DNA of 63,955 nt, filler included, from Octopus bimaculoides (Eukaryota): the NCBI RefSeq assembly GCF_001194135.2. It is 4 parts of 4 records of this genome, joined end to end, with 100 filler letters (N's around TTAATTAATTAA, not from the genome) between each part and the next. Parts side by side here need not be neighbours in the genome. Positions count along the whole stretch, not along the records: positions 20,097 to 41,391 come from NC_068982.1; 3 more parts are not named here. The stretch is one strand, 5' to 3'. Made by a program: the position numbers and the translations under genes. Under the pieces are notes generated by a model that worked only from the letters and a program-made list of their open reading frames with translations, made no database searches and was not told where the DNA came from. Position 1 is the stretch's first letter, and every line of letters begins with the position of its first letter. This document shows, piece by piece, positions 25,026-38,149 of this stretch.

Positions 25026-27957
25026 TCATATAACACGCAAACAGATTGTTAACTGAATCTTATTGTGTAAATTAATTTTTGTTATTTCGTCAAAGGAAGA
25101 GAGAAGTAACTGTTTGAGATTGGAAACAACATATGATTGATGTTCGTAGGAAAAATTGAGAGTGATTTTCTTTGAGTTGTAGTTCACATGAAGAAAGTGA
25201 AGTTTGGAATATTTAGTGCTGGGTTCGAGGGAGATGACTTTCAGAAGTAATTGTAGCAGCATAGAAGAAATAAAGTTAGAAAAATGTAGATGATGTGCAG
25301 GGGATCTGGACAAAAGCCTCATGGTTATATTTTTCGTTTATTTTTCTTTTTACTTGTTGCAGTCATTTGACTGTGGCCATGCTGGGGCACCACCTTGAGG
25401 AATTTTTAGTCGAATGTATCGAGTCCAGAATTGTTTTAAATGATTTTCAACCAACGCACTAGAAGGTCTCTCCATATGCTAAAAATAACATTCTCAATAT
25501 ATAAATTACATTTTTTTTTGTAAATCACATTTGTGCTTTGAAGAAGATCAGCAGCAGCTTAGTATTTTTTTAACTATAACGAGGAATCGCAATTATTTCT
25601 AACAAAGACACAAGGCCAGAACTTTGGAAGACAGGTTTGGTCGATTACATCGATCCTAATATTTAGCTAATATTTACTGTTATCGGTCCCGAAAGGTTGA
25701 AAGGCAAACGTTACTTCGGCTGGATTTAAACTCAGAACTTAAAGAGCCGTCGCTCTAAAGATTCTACAAAATAATCTGATCTTGAAGAGGAATCATAACA
25801 ACTGAAATAAAGTTTTGTGAATATGGTATGTAAGAACATCATACAAAACCACAAGAGATTCATTGTATAAAATAAATTTAGTTGTCGATGGAGCACTTAT
25901 CTTCTATTGTTACTAAAATGAAGACATTTCAATAAACTTCTGACTGCTGCTTACCAATAATTGTGTTAACAGCTCATCTCATAGATAAAGAGTCGACCTC
26001 TACGCTAACTAGTCACAGAATCTAATTCTTTTATTGAATGTATTGAATGTGTTCAAGATACCAAATTTCATTTATTAGAGATCAGATCAGCTGTGAAATG
26101 AAGGAGAACGAACATGTAATGGTGCAGTGAATTGGTTGAATATAAACGATTAGATTGGTGGATGTCGGTAAGAATGATTGAATAAATGAATAAATTAGGA
26201 GATGAAGTTCTCCAGTACTCTGTTCCAGTCGCTAGAGTGCTGGACAACCATCTAGCAAGTTCATGTTTGAAGCTTGGCATCACATTTAATAATCAATTGG
26301 CCGAGTCTACCTGATTGTATATGAATAACGCAAGGTAGGAGCGATTCTTTGCTTAAGCATCAATGGCAACACAACAGAAATAACGTAAAAAAGAGTTTGT
26401 CAGTTTGCAGTGACGTGTTTAACTCTTTCAGTGAGTATTGTTGGAAGAGGGATTGTGTTCGTTAAATTGATTTGTTTGTGATAAACTACATGAAGGCGGA
26501 GTGTTCAGTGGTTGGCTATGATTCAGCAAGGTAGAGAAGTCACTTGAACAGGATGGTACCGTAGATTTTTTTTTACAGTTCGTTATATTTAAAACTGTAT
26601 TTAATTTTTACGGAATGATAATGATAAAAGCACCATTTATCATCACTACAGTCAGTCCCTCGATTGTTCAGGATCTTGTAACCTACGCTTACCTCTTTGC
26701 AGTGCTATATCATTTATAGGCCATTGGAATGCAAATTTGCTATGAGCAATGCAAATAAGGTCAGAATGTTTTCTCTTAACAATAAATTTTTAAATGCTTC
26801 ATGGAATACTTCAGCAGAAAGTTTAGTTTTGTTATGAAGAAACATAAAAATAACTAACACAATACTTTCGTTTGAAATAATTTCACTTTCGATTACGTCA
26901 TTAATACCATTAAAAAAAGCACGAAGCTCTTTAAAAGTCAAGATTCATCTACTTGTAAAACAAATGAACACTGATATAAAAAGAACAGTTCATTAAATCA
27001 ACATGCTTCCATACTTTTTATTATTCAGAACATTTACATAAGCGCATCCACTATTTGAATAAAACAGCGTACAAAAGATAGTTGCATAAATTATTTTAGT
27101 TTATTAAATGAAAATTGCTCATGCTTATTAAAGACCGAATAAACAGAAAGAGTGAGAACTCCTTATCACAAAACTAACCAAAAGAGTCCTGTATCGCACC
27201 TGAGGTTGTTCTGTTCGATAGTTAAATATCCCAACTTTTATAACATTCGGTTAAATTTGACAGTTCGCATAAAAGCAAAACATAATACCCCATCTAAAAA
27301 TAGAAGTATTTAAAAAAAAATCAAACAATATCAACTAGATTATGGTTGGGAGATAACAGTTTATTCAAAGTAACCGGGACCTGGCTATATGCGTCCCTCA
27401 CTGTGTCCTTCAGAATATCTTTAAATAACTCCTTGATTTGTCCACCAGCTCGTTCTTGATGTTGCAAGTGAAGCAGTTGGTGTCTTTCTCAACCTCACTT
27501 TAGACATAATAATCCTTGGAATTACAATCGGGGGAATTAATAGACCAGAAATTGAGGCTAGTGAAGTCGAAGAAATTCTACGACAACCACTTCTGTCTTT
27601 TTTTTGAGTTATGGCAAAGAACCTAATCCTGCTGCCACACATATGGCTTTCCAGCAACAACTCTCCCTAACCAACTTCAGTCCCTTGCAGTTTCATATAG
27701 CCGTCTGAATTGAGTCTAAAGTTCTATTTAAAGATATGGATAAAAATACCAGCGTGCGAACGCAATCAGCATACTTGCTGTGTCCCTTTCTAGTGACAAC
27801 GGCTTCGTAGTCTCCGTTGCAGCTACCCTTGTCATGTCTTATAGCCTTTATAGTGTTCACATAGCATTGAGCAGCAGTTAAAGATGCCGATATTTTAATT
27901 CCCGGTGCAAATGATCGCGATACAGGTAGCTCTTTTACAATATTCACTTGACTGCCA
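25026..27957 (-). pseudogene. Decayed multi-exon coding remnant, family unknown
   Basis: Five ORFs of 70-98 aa lie on the minus strand within 3 kb, with none listed on plus. Strong minus splice signals (acceptor ttcgttctccttcatttcacag near 26091; donors gtaagc near 25954 and 26691), frameshifts and stops. Some plus frames are also open, so the strand is not certain. Confidence 0.35.
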
Positions 27958-27958
27958 G

Positions 27959-30900
27959 TGTAGTAGAGCTATATATTACATAATATGTGAGTCGATCTGC
28001 ACAGCAGACGAATATATCGATGAGGCGTCTAGCCTCGTTTTGATAAAGTAGCCTCGTTCTGAGATAATAGCCTCGTTCTGAGATACTAGCCTCGACTGAG
28101 CTACCCTATGGAAACGCTACCAGTTCCTGCCAGGCTTTGGTCAAAAACATGTCTTCTCTGCATCTCAATGCGCAATCTCCCACGTGCGACTCACATGTCT
28201 ATTCACCTCGACACAAGATATATTCGTAAACGAAGATATTTTATCACACACACATTCTCAAAATGACTGTTCTCATGACACACATGCATACATACTGTAA
28301 TACAAATATTATATGTTACTTCTTTCAGTGCAAAAGCAAAAATCAAAACCTTCTTTGTATGTAAACATATGTTTTTGTATCATACTACATGCTTCCACCA
28401 CAAAAGGTGAACACAGAATAAACAATATATTTATATACAAAAACATTTAGTATAAATCACCATAAGACATTTTTGTATATAAATATATTGTTTATTCTGT
28501 GTTCACCTTTTGTGNNNNNNNNNNNNNNNNNNNNNNNNNNNNNNNNNNNNNNNNNNNNNNNNNNNNNNNNNNNNNNNNNNNNNNNNNNNNNNNNNNNNNN
28601 NNNNNNNNNNNNNNNNNNNNNNNNNNNNNNNNNNNNNNNNNNNNNNNNNNNNNNNNNNNNNNNNNNNNNNNNNNNNNNNNNNNNNNNNNNNNNNNNNNNN
28701 NNNNNNNNNNNNNNNNNNNNNNNNNNNNNNNNNNNNNNNNNNNNNNNNNNNNNNNNNNNNNNNNNNNNNNNNNNNNNNNNNNNNNNNNNNNNNNNNNNNN
28801 NNNNNNNNNNNNNNNNNNNNNNNNNNNNNNNNNNNNNNNNNNNNNNNNNNNNNNNNNNNNNNNNNNNNNNNNNNNNNNNNNNNNNNNNNNNNNNNNNNNN
28901 NNNNNNNNNNNNNNNNNNNNNNNNNNNNNNNNNNNNGCCAAATGTTTTTAATTTTGCTCTTGCAAATGTGAATTGATACACCATGCAGCTCATCACCATT
29001 TTGTCTTTCTTCACAAATTTGACGCCATTTCTCAAGCTACACGTGCACGCTGATTTTGAATACCCCACCTGGACACAATACAGCTGCCTGAGCTATCTGT
29101 TACATCTAACAGCACGGTCGCACGCCATTTTACAGACTTTTCCCCAGTAATTGACATCTTTCTGTTACACATCTCACCATGAATAACAGTTCCTAACCTT
29201 GTTTTACAGGTGATGTGAAAGCGTGGTTCGCACAGATCGAATCGACGTTTGCCGCGAACAATACTACCTCCGAAGTCCAACAGCTCCATATACTACTTGG
29301 TGCAATACTACCGTCCCTGACAGCCACCGTGAGAGACCTGATAACAGGACCCCCACATGATGCCAAGTATAGGAGCATTAAGCAGGAGATTCATCGACGC
29401 ACGTTCTTGTCGGAAGAAGGAAAATTTCAAAACCTCGTCAATGACGAGCACTCGGGCGACCGTAAACCCTCACAACTTCTGAGCCGCATGAAGGAATTGG
29501 CCCAAAATGAACCTACTGATAGTACTTTATTGAAACAACTATTTTTTCCCGGTTGCCCTCCAACGTCCAAGCCATCCTAGCCTGTATGGTGGAAGCGACT
29601 CCCGTCGAGCAAATAACCTCCACCGCCGACAGAATCATAGAGTATACCGGCAACATCACCAGGCCGACCCCAGTACCACCGGATACCTCTGCACACCCAC
29701 CAGTAGCGTCAGTTACCACTGATAAGGATCTTGCCTCGGCTGCTATCCTAAAGGCGATAGCTGAATTAACAAGAGACATGCAGCTTCTTCTCACTTCTAG
29801 GTCACGTTCACCCAGACAGCGTTCTTTCGATCACTCCTTCTCGCCTCACCGTCACTCGTCCTCTGCTCATTCATCCATATACTGGTACCATGCCAAGTCT
29901 GGAGTTTCAGCAGGTAAATGTATTCAATCCTGTACTTTTTCTCGACAGGAAAACGACCAACCAGAGAATTGAGCACGGCACATTCTCTGCAGCAGCCAGT
30001 GGCCTACCTTGCATTTTTCATAACAGACCGGATACCCCACGCCCGCTACCTCGTAGATACAGGTACTGCCTGCAGTATCTGGCCGTTAAATTTCCTCGCA
30101 GATAAACCGCTGTTATCACCAGTGGCTCTACAGGCGGTGAACCATTCACCGATTCCAACTTTCGGCCAGATATCTCGTTCGTTGGATTTAGATCTGCGAC
30201 GTGACTTCAAGTAGATTTTTAGTCACAAATCTCCCTTACCCAATATTAGGTGTAGACGTTTTGCATTACTTCCACCTGCTTGTGGACATGCGCACTCGAC
30301 GCTTATGGGACGCGACCACAGAACTTTCTATCCCAGAACTTTCTATCCCAGAACTTTCTATCCCAGAACTTTCTATCCCGGCCCACTGGTGACTACAGGA
30401 GATTAAACTCCATCACAGTGCCAGACAGGTACCCAATACCCCACAATCAGGATTTTGTGCCATCCCTCCACAACTTCAGAGCATTCACCGAACTGGACTT
30501 GGTTAAGGCATACCATCAGATTCCTGTGAATCGAGATGATATTCCAAAGACTGCCGTAACCACTCCTTCTGGCACCCTCGAATTCCTAACTATGCCATTT
30601 GGTTTACGGAATTCAGCCAGTACATTTCAAAGGTTCATAGACGAAGTTGTACGAGACTTACACTTCATCTATGTGTACATCGATATTTTGATGGCTAGCG
30701 CCTCACACGAGGAACATCTTCATTATGTACGTCAGCTGTTCGAGCGGTTCAAGACTTACCAAGTGCGGCCCTACCAAATGTGTTTCCGGCGCATCTTCTT
30801 TGACCTTCCTAGGTCACGTCATCAGCCCCGAAAGCATATCGCCACTGCCTGACAAAGTGAAGGCATTGCAGGAGTTACCTCTATCTACCTCGTTACGTCG

Positions 30901-33351
30901 GCTCCGACATTTCTTGGGACAATTCAACTTCTATCGGTGCTTTGTTCTTCATTCAGCTGAAACCCTATATCCGCTAAACGCTTTCCTTCAGTAAAAGAGG
31001 AATGAACCGATAGTGTTGAACCCCACCCATCTTGACTCCTTCAACACAGCAAAGCAGCAACTCGCTCAGGCATCGCTTCTTGCCCATTCTGTCGCGGACG
31101 CTCAGCTATTCCTTGTAGTGGATGCATTCAACACTGCCATAGGCAGGGTGTTACAACAATTTCACCAGCAACGACTCCAGCCTCTTGCCTTTTTCTCTCG
31201 GCAGCTTCAGCCAGCTGAAACTCGCTACAGCACTTTCGGACGGGAGCTGTCAGCTATGTATTTAGCAGTCAAACATTTCCGGCACACACTCGAGAGACGC
31301 TAATTCGCGATTTTTACGGACCACCGTCCATTCACTTTTGCCCTGCGCTCAAAGCCTGACAAATACTCTTCGCAGGAAACCAGGTACTTAGATTTCATTT
31401 CCCAATTTACCGCCCACATCCGCCATATCTCTGGTGTAGATAACACCGCAGCAGACGCCTTATTGCGCCTACCACTATTCGCTGTCGTCACCCACAGACA
31501 TCGACCTGCATCTCCTGGCTAAAGATCAACCTCGCTTAGAGACAATTGATATATCCTCATCCGCCTTTGCCACATGCAATTTCAAGTACTTACCAGTACC
31601 CACAGCTGACACACAGATTTTGTGCGATACTTCCACGAATTCCCCTTGTCCTTTTGTTCCGGAGACCCACAGTTCCGGAGACACTGCATAACTTGTCACA
31701 CCCTGGCGTCACCGCCACAGTGAAACTAATTTTGGCTAGATTCTTTTGGCCAAATATGAGACGAGACATCACTGCTTGGTTACGCTCCTGCCTTTTCTGT
31801 CAGAAGTCAAAGGTGCATAAGCACATACGTGCGTTTCAACCATGTACATATCGACCTTGTCAGACCTTGGCCAGTCAGCCAGGTATATACCTACCTGCTC
31901 ACCTGCATTGATCGTTTCACAAGTTGGCCGGAAGCTATTCCTTTAATATTTAGTAGATATCACTGCAGAATCTGTTTCCAAAGCTTTTCTCACAGAATGG
32001 ATATCACGATACGGAGTCATACAACCATCCCTACCGACCGTGGAAAACAGTTTGAATCGCAACTCTTCCACGAGCTCACGAAGACCATAGGTGCACGTCG
32101 GATTCGAACTACAAGTTATCATCCACAATCCAACGATTCTACCGTGGAACGATTCTACCGTCAAATGAAAGCTGCTTTGTGCTTACCCAGATCGGCAGCG
32201 TTGGAGTGAATATCTTCCAATTGTCCTTCTTGGCTGTCGAGCGTCGATAAAGGTTATTCCCCAGTAGAACTTGTTTATGGCACACCTCTTTCGTTGCCAG
32301 GCCAAATGTTGGCCCCAGTGGATCTGTCCACACAAGACCCAACTATGTACATACACAGACTTCGCAAATACATGCAAGAACTGCCAGCCATGTCAATACG
32401 ACACCAAACCATTAAATCATCAGTCCCAAAAGACATTGATTCTTGGACCCATGTGTTTCTATGAAACGACGCTGTGAAAACCCCTCTGAAACCGCCATAC
32501 ACAGGACCCTATCGCGTCCTGTCACACATAGACAAACTGTGCACCATAGACATTAATGGTAAAAAGGAAACTATCTCAATAGACAGGCTTACGCAGGTAT
32601 ACACAGTCAGTGATACAATACCACCTCACACGCCTCCTACATTCACAGTGCAACATAAAACAAATGTTGCTCCACTGCAACCACCACCAACATCATCACA
32701 CACACCGACTCCTCCTGCAACTATATACATCACTACGACTCGTAGTGGTCGCCGGGTACATTGACCCACCGAACTTACCAAAGACTTTTCAATACACATC
32801 ACCAACGACGCAGTTTTGTTCTTCACAGTATTCCTTCGAACTTTACCTAATCGACTTGAACACATTGCTTATTTCTTTGTGTTCATATTCTGCTTACCTT
32901 TAACATGCTTTGCCTTTTCATTTCAGTTTCTCATTTTTTGTTGTATCGCATCCTTCTGTTTGTATTCCAAGTTCTTACCTGCTTTTTGCACTGCATATTT
33001 ACATATGCCATCTCTATGTTTTTTTCGACTTTTTCAAGTCTAGTAGGAGGCTATGTAGCAGAGCTACATATCACATAATAATATGTGAGTCGGCCTTCAC
33101 AGCAGACGAATATATCGATGAGGCATCTAGCATCGCTTTGATACACTAGCCTCGCTTTGATACAGTAGTCTCGTTCTGAGACACTAGCTTCGATCTGAGC
33201 TACACTGTAGAAACGCTACTAGTTCCTGCCAAGTTTCGGTCAAAGACACATGTTTTTGTATCATACTATATATGCTTCCACCACAAAAGGTGAACACAGA
33301 ATAAACAGCATATTTATACACAAAAATGTCTTATGGTGATTCATACTAACA
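27959..33351 (+). mobile_element. Gypsy (Ty3) LTR retrotransposon, CsRn1-like, degenerate provirus
   Basis: Two homologous LTRs starting TGTAG (27959 and 33054; the 3' LTR ends ACTAACA at 33351), with purine tract AGTAGGAGG before the 3' LTR. Gag WFAQIESTF and a CHCC-type YWYHAKSGVSAGKCIQSC; protease YLVDTGTACS; RT GDYRRLN...MPFGLRNSASTFQR; RNase H LVVDAF...AFFSRQL; integrase HNLSHPG...CLFCQ, HIDLV, ERFYRQMK. Many frameshifts. Confidence 0.95.
29130..32764 (+). pseudogene. gag-pol of the Gypsy element (frameshifted, internally deleted)
   Basis: Consecutive ORF fragments 29215-32764 carry gag, PR, RT, RH, IN in Gypsy order. The catalytic YIDD is reduced to YID at 30676-30684. Confidence 0.92.
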
Positions 33352-33966
33352 GTTTTTTTTTCCATTTAATAATACGCACTTGAACAGCAAACTACAGCCG
33401 CTATACCAGTACTCCATGTCAGCTAAGTTTTCTTAAGTACAACTTTAATCCTTATGCTCCCCAACACTGTTGATTGTTAATTGATATATCAAGCTGTACC
33501 TGAAAAAAAAAAAAAAAAAAAAGAAAGGAGATATTAAAAAAAGTCGTCAAATTTATCCCGAACACCCAGTATTTGGTGGGAAAAATTCACAAAATTTCGA
33601 ACTCTATCGCTAAGTAGGACTGCATTCGAAACCGCATGGCTATGGAACAAACTTCTTAACAACCAAGCCATGTCTATGACTACAGCCGTCCCTATCTCTG
33701 TGTTATGATGAACAAATATTTTTTTTTACTACTAGAAATTTCACAAAGATAGCTAATAATAAATGTTTCTATTGAACCCATACATAAAACAATATAACAA
33801 ACAAAAAAAAACTGGACTTTGACAAGTAGGTATCCGTCAAATGCGCTTTCATTTTCACCACTAGTAAATAGGAATGAATGTGAGATATACACATCTATCT
33901 ATCTATCTATCTGGCTAGCTAGCTAGCTAATGTATGTGTATATGTGTTAGTATGAGCGCGCGCGCT

Positions 33967-34033
<67 letters not shown>

Positions 34034-34062
34034 NNNNNNNNNNNNNNNNNNNNNNNNNNNNN

Positions 34063-34107
<45 letters not shown>

Positions 34108-34263
34108 TCTGAGTGCATATATGTTCATATACATATATTCATGTTTACATACATACGCGTAAAAATATGAAAGAGAGAGAGGAAGAGGAGAAACGAATGT
34201 ATGTAACAGTATATATATTTATAAAACATTTCATCTTGAAAGAATCGCTTTCTTTCTTGACAG

Positions 34264-34352
34264 ATTAAGTCTCTTTATATGCTAAAAATATTCCAGTCAG
34301 GGACAGGAACGCCTGGACTGTTCGTGGCAGATCTATTCTGCGCAACATTCAG
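34264..34352 (+). CDS. Unidentified plus-strand gene, candidate exon (IKSLYMLKIFQSGTGTPGLFVADLFCATF-R)
   Basis: Strong acceptor gctttctttcttgacag, donor AG|gtataa. Only one frame is open from this acceptor. Confidence 0.5.
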
Positions 34353-35277
34353 GTATAATAATATAGATTTCAATGATTTATACAAACATGCATTTGAATA
34401 CAATGCAATTATACAATTGTATTAAAACAGTTGTGGAAACACAAGGCTGCAATGTTCGAATGTTGGTCTTTGTTTATTTGTTTGTTTGATTGTGTGTGTG
34501 AGTGTGTGTGTGTGAGTGCATATCAGCAGAGCAGGTCTCAATGTTGAATAAATGAAAAACAGTGAAGTTGGCGTGAATATATGAAATATAGGGGACATTT
34601 AAAACTAGACAGAAATAATTATGCTGTGAGGAAAAAAAAAACGAAGGAAAAAACACAAAACAAAAACAAAAAAAAAAAAAAAAAAAANNNNNNNNNNNNN
34701 NNNNNNNNNNNNNNNNNNNNNNNNNNNNNNNNNNNNNNNNNNNNNNNNNNNNNNNNNNNNNNNNNNNNNNNNNNNNNNNNNNNNNNNNNNNNNNNNNNNN
34801 NNNNNNNNNNNNNNNNNNNNNNNNNNNNNNNNNNNNNNNNNNNNNNNNNNNNNNNNNNNNNNNNNNNNNNNNNNNNNNNNNNNNNNNNNNNNNNNNNNNN
34901 NNNNNNNNNNNNNNNNNNNNNNNNNNNNNNNNNNNNNNNNNNNNNNNNNNNNNNNNNNNNNNNNNNNNNNNNNNNNNNNNNNNNNNNNNNNNNNNNNNNN
35001 NNNNNNNNNNNNNNNNNNNNNNNNNNNNNNNNNNNNNNNNNNNNNNNNNNNNNNNNNNNNNNNNNNNNNNNNNNNNNNNNNNNNNNNNNNNNNNNNNNNN
35101 NNNNNNNNNNNNNNNNNNNNNNNNNNNNNNNNNNNNNNNNNNNNNNNNNNNNNNNNNNNNNNNNNNNNNNNNNNNNNNNNNNNNNNNNNNNNNNNNNNNN
35201 NNNNNNNNNNNNNNNNNNNNNNNNNNNNNNNNNNNNNNNNNNNNNNNNNNNNNNNNNNNNNNNNNNNNGTTTATTAG

Positions 35278-35585
35278 CTACTGCCAATATGCTTCAGCCA
35301 TTTTTTGACAAGGAAATAATAATTTTATCACCGCCAGAATCGTTTGAGAATCGTTTGTTTACGTAGTCAGCACTTAATGTTTTCGGCTGAATGGACGTCA
35401 GTCATTGGTTGAAATTACAGAATTACGATAACTTTAACATGAAATAACTTGCGATGTACGTTTTTTTGTTAAGAAGACTAAGAGAAAAAGATGTTTTATA
35501 TGACACATTCTACCAGTGTCCCAAGTTTCAAAGTGTTTCGTTAAGAAAATACTGGTGCCCCCGTTTTGAACAAGATCCGAAAAAT
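35278..35585 (+). CDS. Unidentified plus-strand gene, two candidate exons 35278-35362 and 35474-35585
   Basis: ATANMLQPFFDKEIIILSPPESFENRLF-T then RLREKDVLYDTFYQCPKFQSVSLRKYWCPRFEQDPKN. Phase 2 join across a 111-nt intron; the second donor is gtgagt. Confidence 0.55.
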
Positions 35586-38117
35586 GTGAGTAAGGCTCAC
35601 TATATATGAGGATTTCTATGTAGCACAACAGAAAGTTAACAGAGTGAGAAAAGAGGCGGAAGAGTGTTGAATGGTGGTTGTGGTTGAGGGAAGATATGAC
35701 AGGTGTGACCAAGTGTAGGGTGTGGAGACGCAACGGTCGAGTAGGGTGTCGCAGAGGTCGGGTGGGATGGTGCAGAGACAGAAGAGGAGCGTAGAATGTT
35801 ACTAACGGGTTAAGGAATGATGGTGGAGTGAAGTCTGCGGTTTTTGGCGTTTATCAGAAAACCGAAGAGTAGATGGTTGAGGTGTAGAATGAAGGAGAGA
35901 ATGGACTGGGCAAGTGGTGAGGTGCAAAGGAAGTTGAAGAGAAGATGGGCTTAGTTTAGGCCATAAGTTCTCAAAATGGACGCCACCGCCTCCCGGTGGG
36001 CATTGAGAGGGTCCAGGAAACCCTGGTATCTAAGAGAATGGTGCATGGGAGTGTGGGGTGGGGCGGTGGAGAAAAAGGAAGCGTTGGGAGGAAGGTAGTG
36101 AATTGGGGGACGCTATAAATTTATTATATTATAGTATTGTATACAAATTATATAATATATCAAATATTAAATGATTCATAGTATATATTAATTAGTAAAA
36201 TACGAAATATTTATTTATACATAAAAATAGAGGTGGGGGCGCTGAGGGTATTATGTGGCTATTAAAGGGGTCCAAAAGGTGGTAGGTCAGGGACAAAAGA
36301 CAGAATGATTGGAGACGGGAAGAATGGATTAGGTTACTGTCAGTGATGAGGAAAGAATACGGGATTACATGGAAATTTAAGCGGGTGAAGACAAAAACCC
36401 CAAAAAGAAAATGTGACTGGAATTACATCTTTTTAAATGAGAGGTTGGAGATAAATACATTTATGTANNNNNNNNNNNNNNNNNNNNNNNNNNNNNNNNN
36501 NNNNNNNNNNNNNNNNNNNNNNNNNNNNNNNNNNNNNNNNNNNNNNNNNNNNNNNNNNNNNNNNNNNNNNNNNNNNNNNNNNNNNNNNNNNNNNNNNNNN
36601 NNNNNNNNNNNNNNNNNNNNNNNNNNNNNNNNNNNNNNNNNNNNNNNNNNNNNNNNNNNNNNNNNNNNNNNNNNNNNNNNNNNNNNNNNNNNNNNNNNNN
36701 NNNNNNNNNNNNNNNNNNNNNNNNNNNNNNNNNNNNNNNNNNNNNNNNNNNNNNNNNNNNNNNNNNNNNNNNNNNNNNNNNNNNNNNNNNNNNNNNNNNN
36801 NNNNNNNNNNNNNNNNNNNNNNNNNNNNNNNNNNNNNNNNNNNNNNNNNNNNNNNNNNNNNNNNNNNNNNNNNNNNNNNNNNNNNNNNNNNNNNNNNNNN
36901 NNNNNNNNNNNNNNNNNNNTATATATATATATATATATATATATCCATATATAATATATGCTTTGTGCGGGATGGGGGTGCTAGACGCCCTGTTCGAAAA
37001 TGTAAGGACGCAGATATTGTACCGTATAACCAGCTGCAAACGATGTTTCCTTGGGCTAAATAGCAGTAACAATCCTCCTTTCCAAGACAGCCACATTAAG
37101 TTGGCAAATAGTCTTTACTTTAAAGAACTGTTATGGAATGTCTGTGAGAGATTTAGAAATAATAATGTTTATATATATATATACACCGGCGGACTGGGTC
37201 TAAAAATATTGGTTGCCTGGAGACTAAGGGGGCCAACCCTCAACGATAGTAGTGAGGGGCACCCGCAACTACAATGCTATCAGTTAATTTTTTCCTTTGT
37301 TAAAAGTATTCTTTTCGACTGTCAACAAACACAGCCAAGCTGAAATAATTAATGCATTCTTCCAGGAGTGAATAAAAAATTCTCAAACTTGAGGGGATGG
37401 GGCCCTTAGATACTAACATGGTCCCCCATATATAGATTCTAATGGCACAGGGGCCCACTTGCCATCGAGCAAGCTGGCAACCTGGCCTTTCCGCCACTGT
37501 ATACNNNNNNNNNNNNNNNNNNNNNNNNNNNNNNNNNNNNNNNNNNNNNNNNNNNNNNNNNNNNNNNNNNNNNNNNNNNNNNNNNNNNNNNNNNNNNNNN
37601 NNNNNNNNNNNNNNNNNNNNNNNNNNNNNNNNNNNNNNNNNNNNNNNNNNNNNNNNNNNNNNNNNNNNNNNNNNNNNNNNNNNNNNNNNNNNNNNNNNNN
37701 NNNNNNNNNNNNNNNNNNNNNNNNNNNNNNNNNNNNNNNNNNNNNNNNNNNNNNNNNNNNNNNNNNNNNNNNNNNNNNNNNNNNNNNNNNNNNNNNNNNN
37801 NNNNNNNNNNNNNNNNNNNNNNNNNNNNNNNNNNNNNNNNNNNNNNNNNNNNNNNNNNNNNNNNNNNNNNNNNNNNNNNNNNNNNNNNNNNNNNNNNNNN
37901 NNNNNATATATATATATATATGAATCATTGACGATTTTCTTCCGTCTTCCTTTCTATTGGACTTTCCTCTGTTTCTGAAGAAACGTTAAACCATATTTCT
38001 TTCCTTCCCTGAGTATCTGCTAATACTTTACATGTACCACGTACTCGCGTTGTTCTTTTATTTGTGTTTGTTCTTTTTTACTATGTGTGTATATGTATAT
38101 GTATATATATATATATT

Positions 38118-38147
<30 letters not shown>

Positions 38148-38149
<2 letters not shown>

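Noticed and set aside
28399-28514. Perfect 45-bp inverted repeat at the end of the 5' LTR
   Set aside because: It ends exactly at a gap and has zero mismatches in an old element. The second arm plus loop is the LTR end reversed, so it is most likely a contig-end fold-back artefact. Long reads would settle it.
30319-30378. Short tandem arrays as CRISPR-like repeats (also 28030-28094, 60645-60685, 61241-61312)
   Set aside because: Head-to-tail repeats without spacers in eukaryotic DNA, with no cas-like ORFs.
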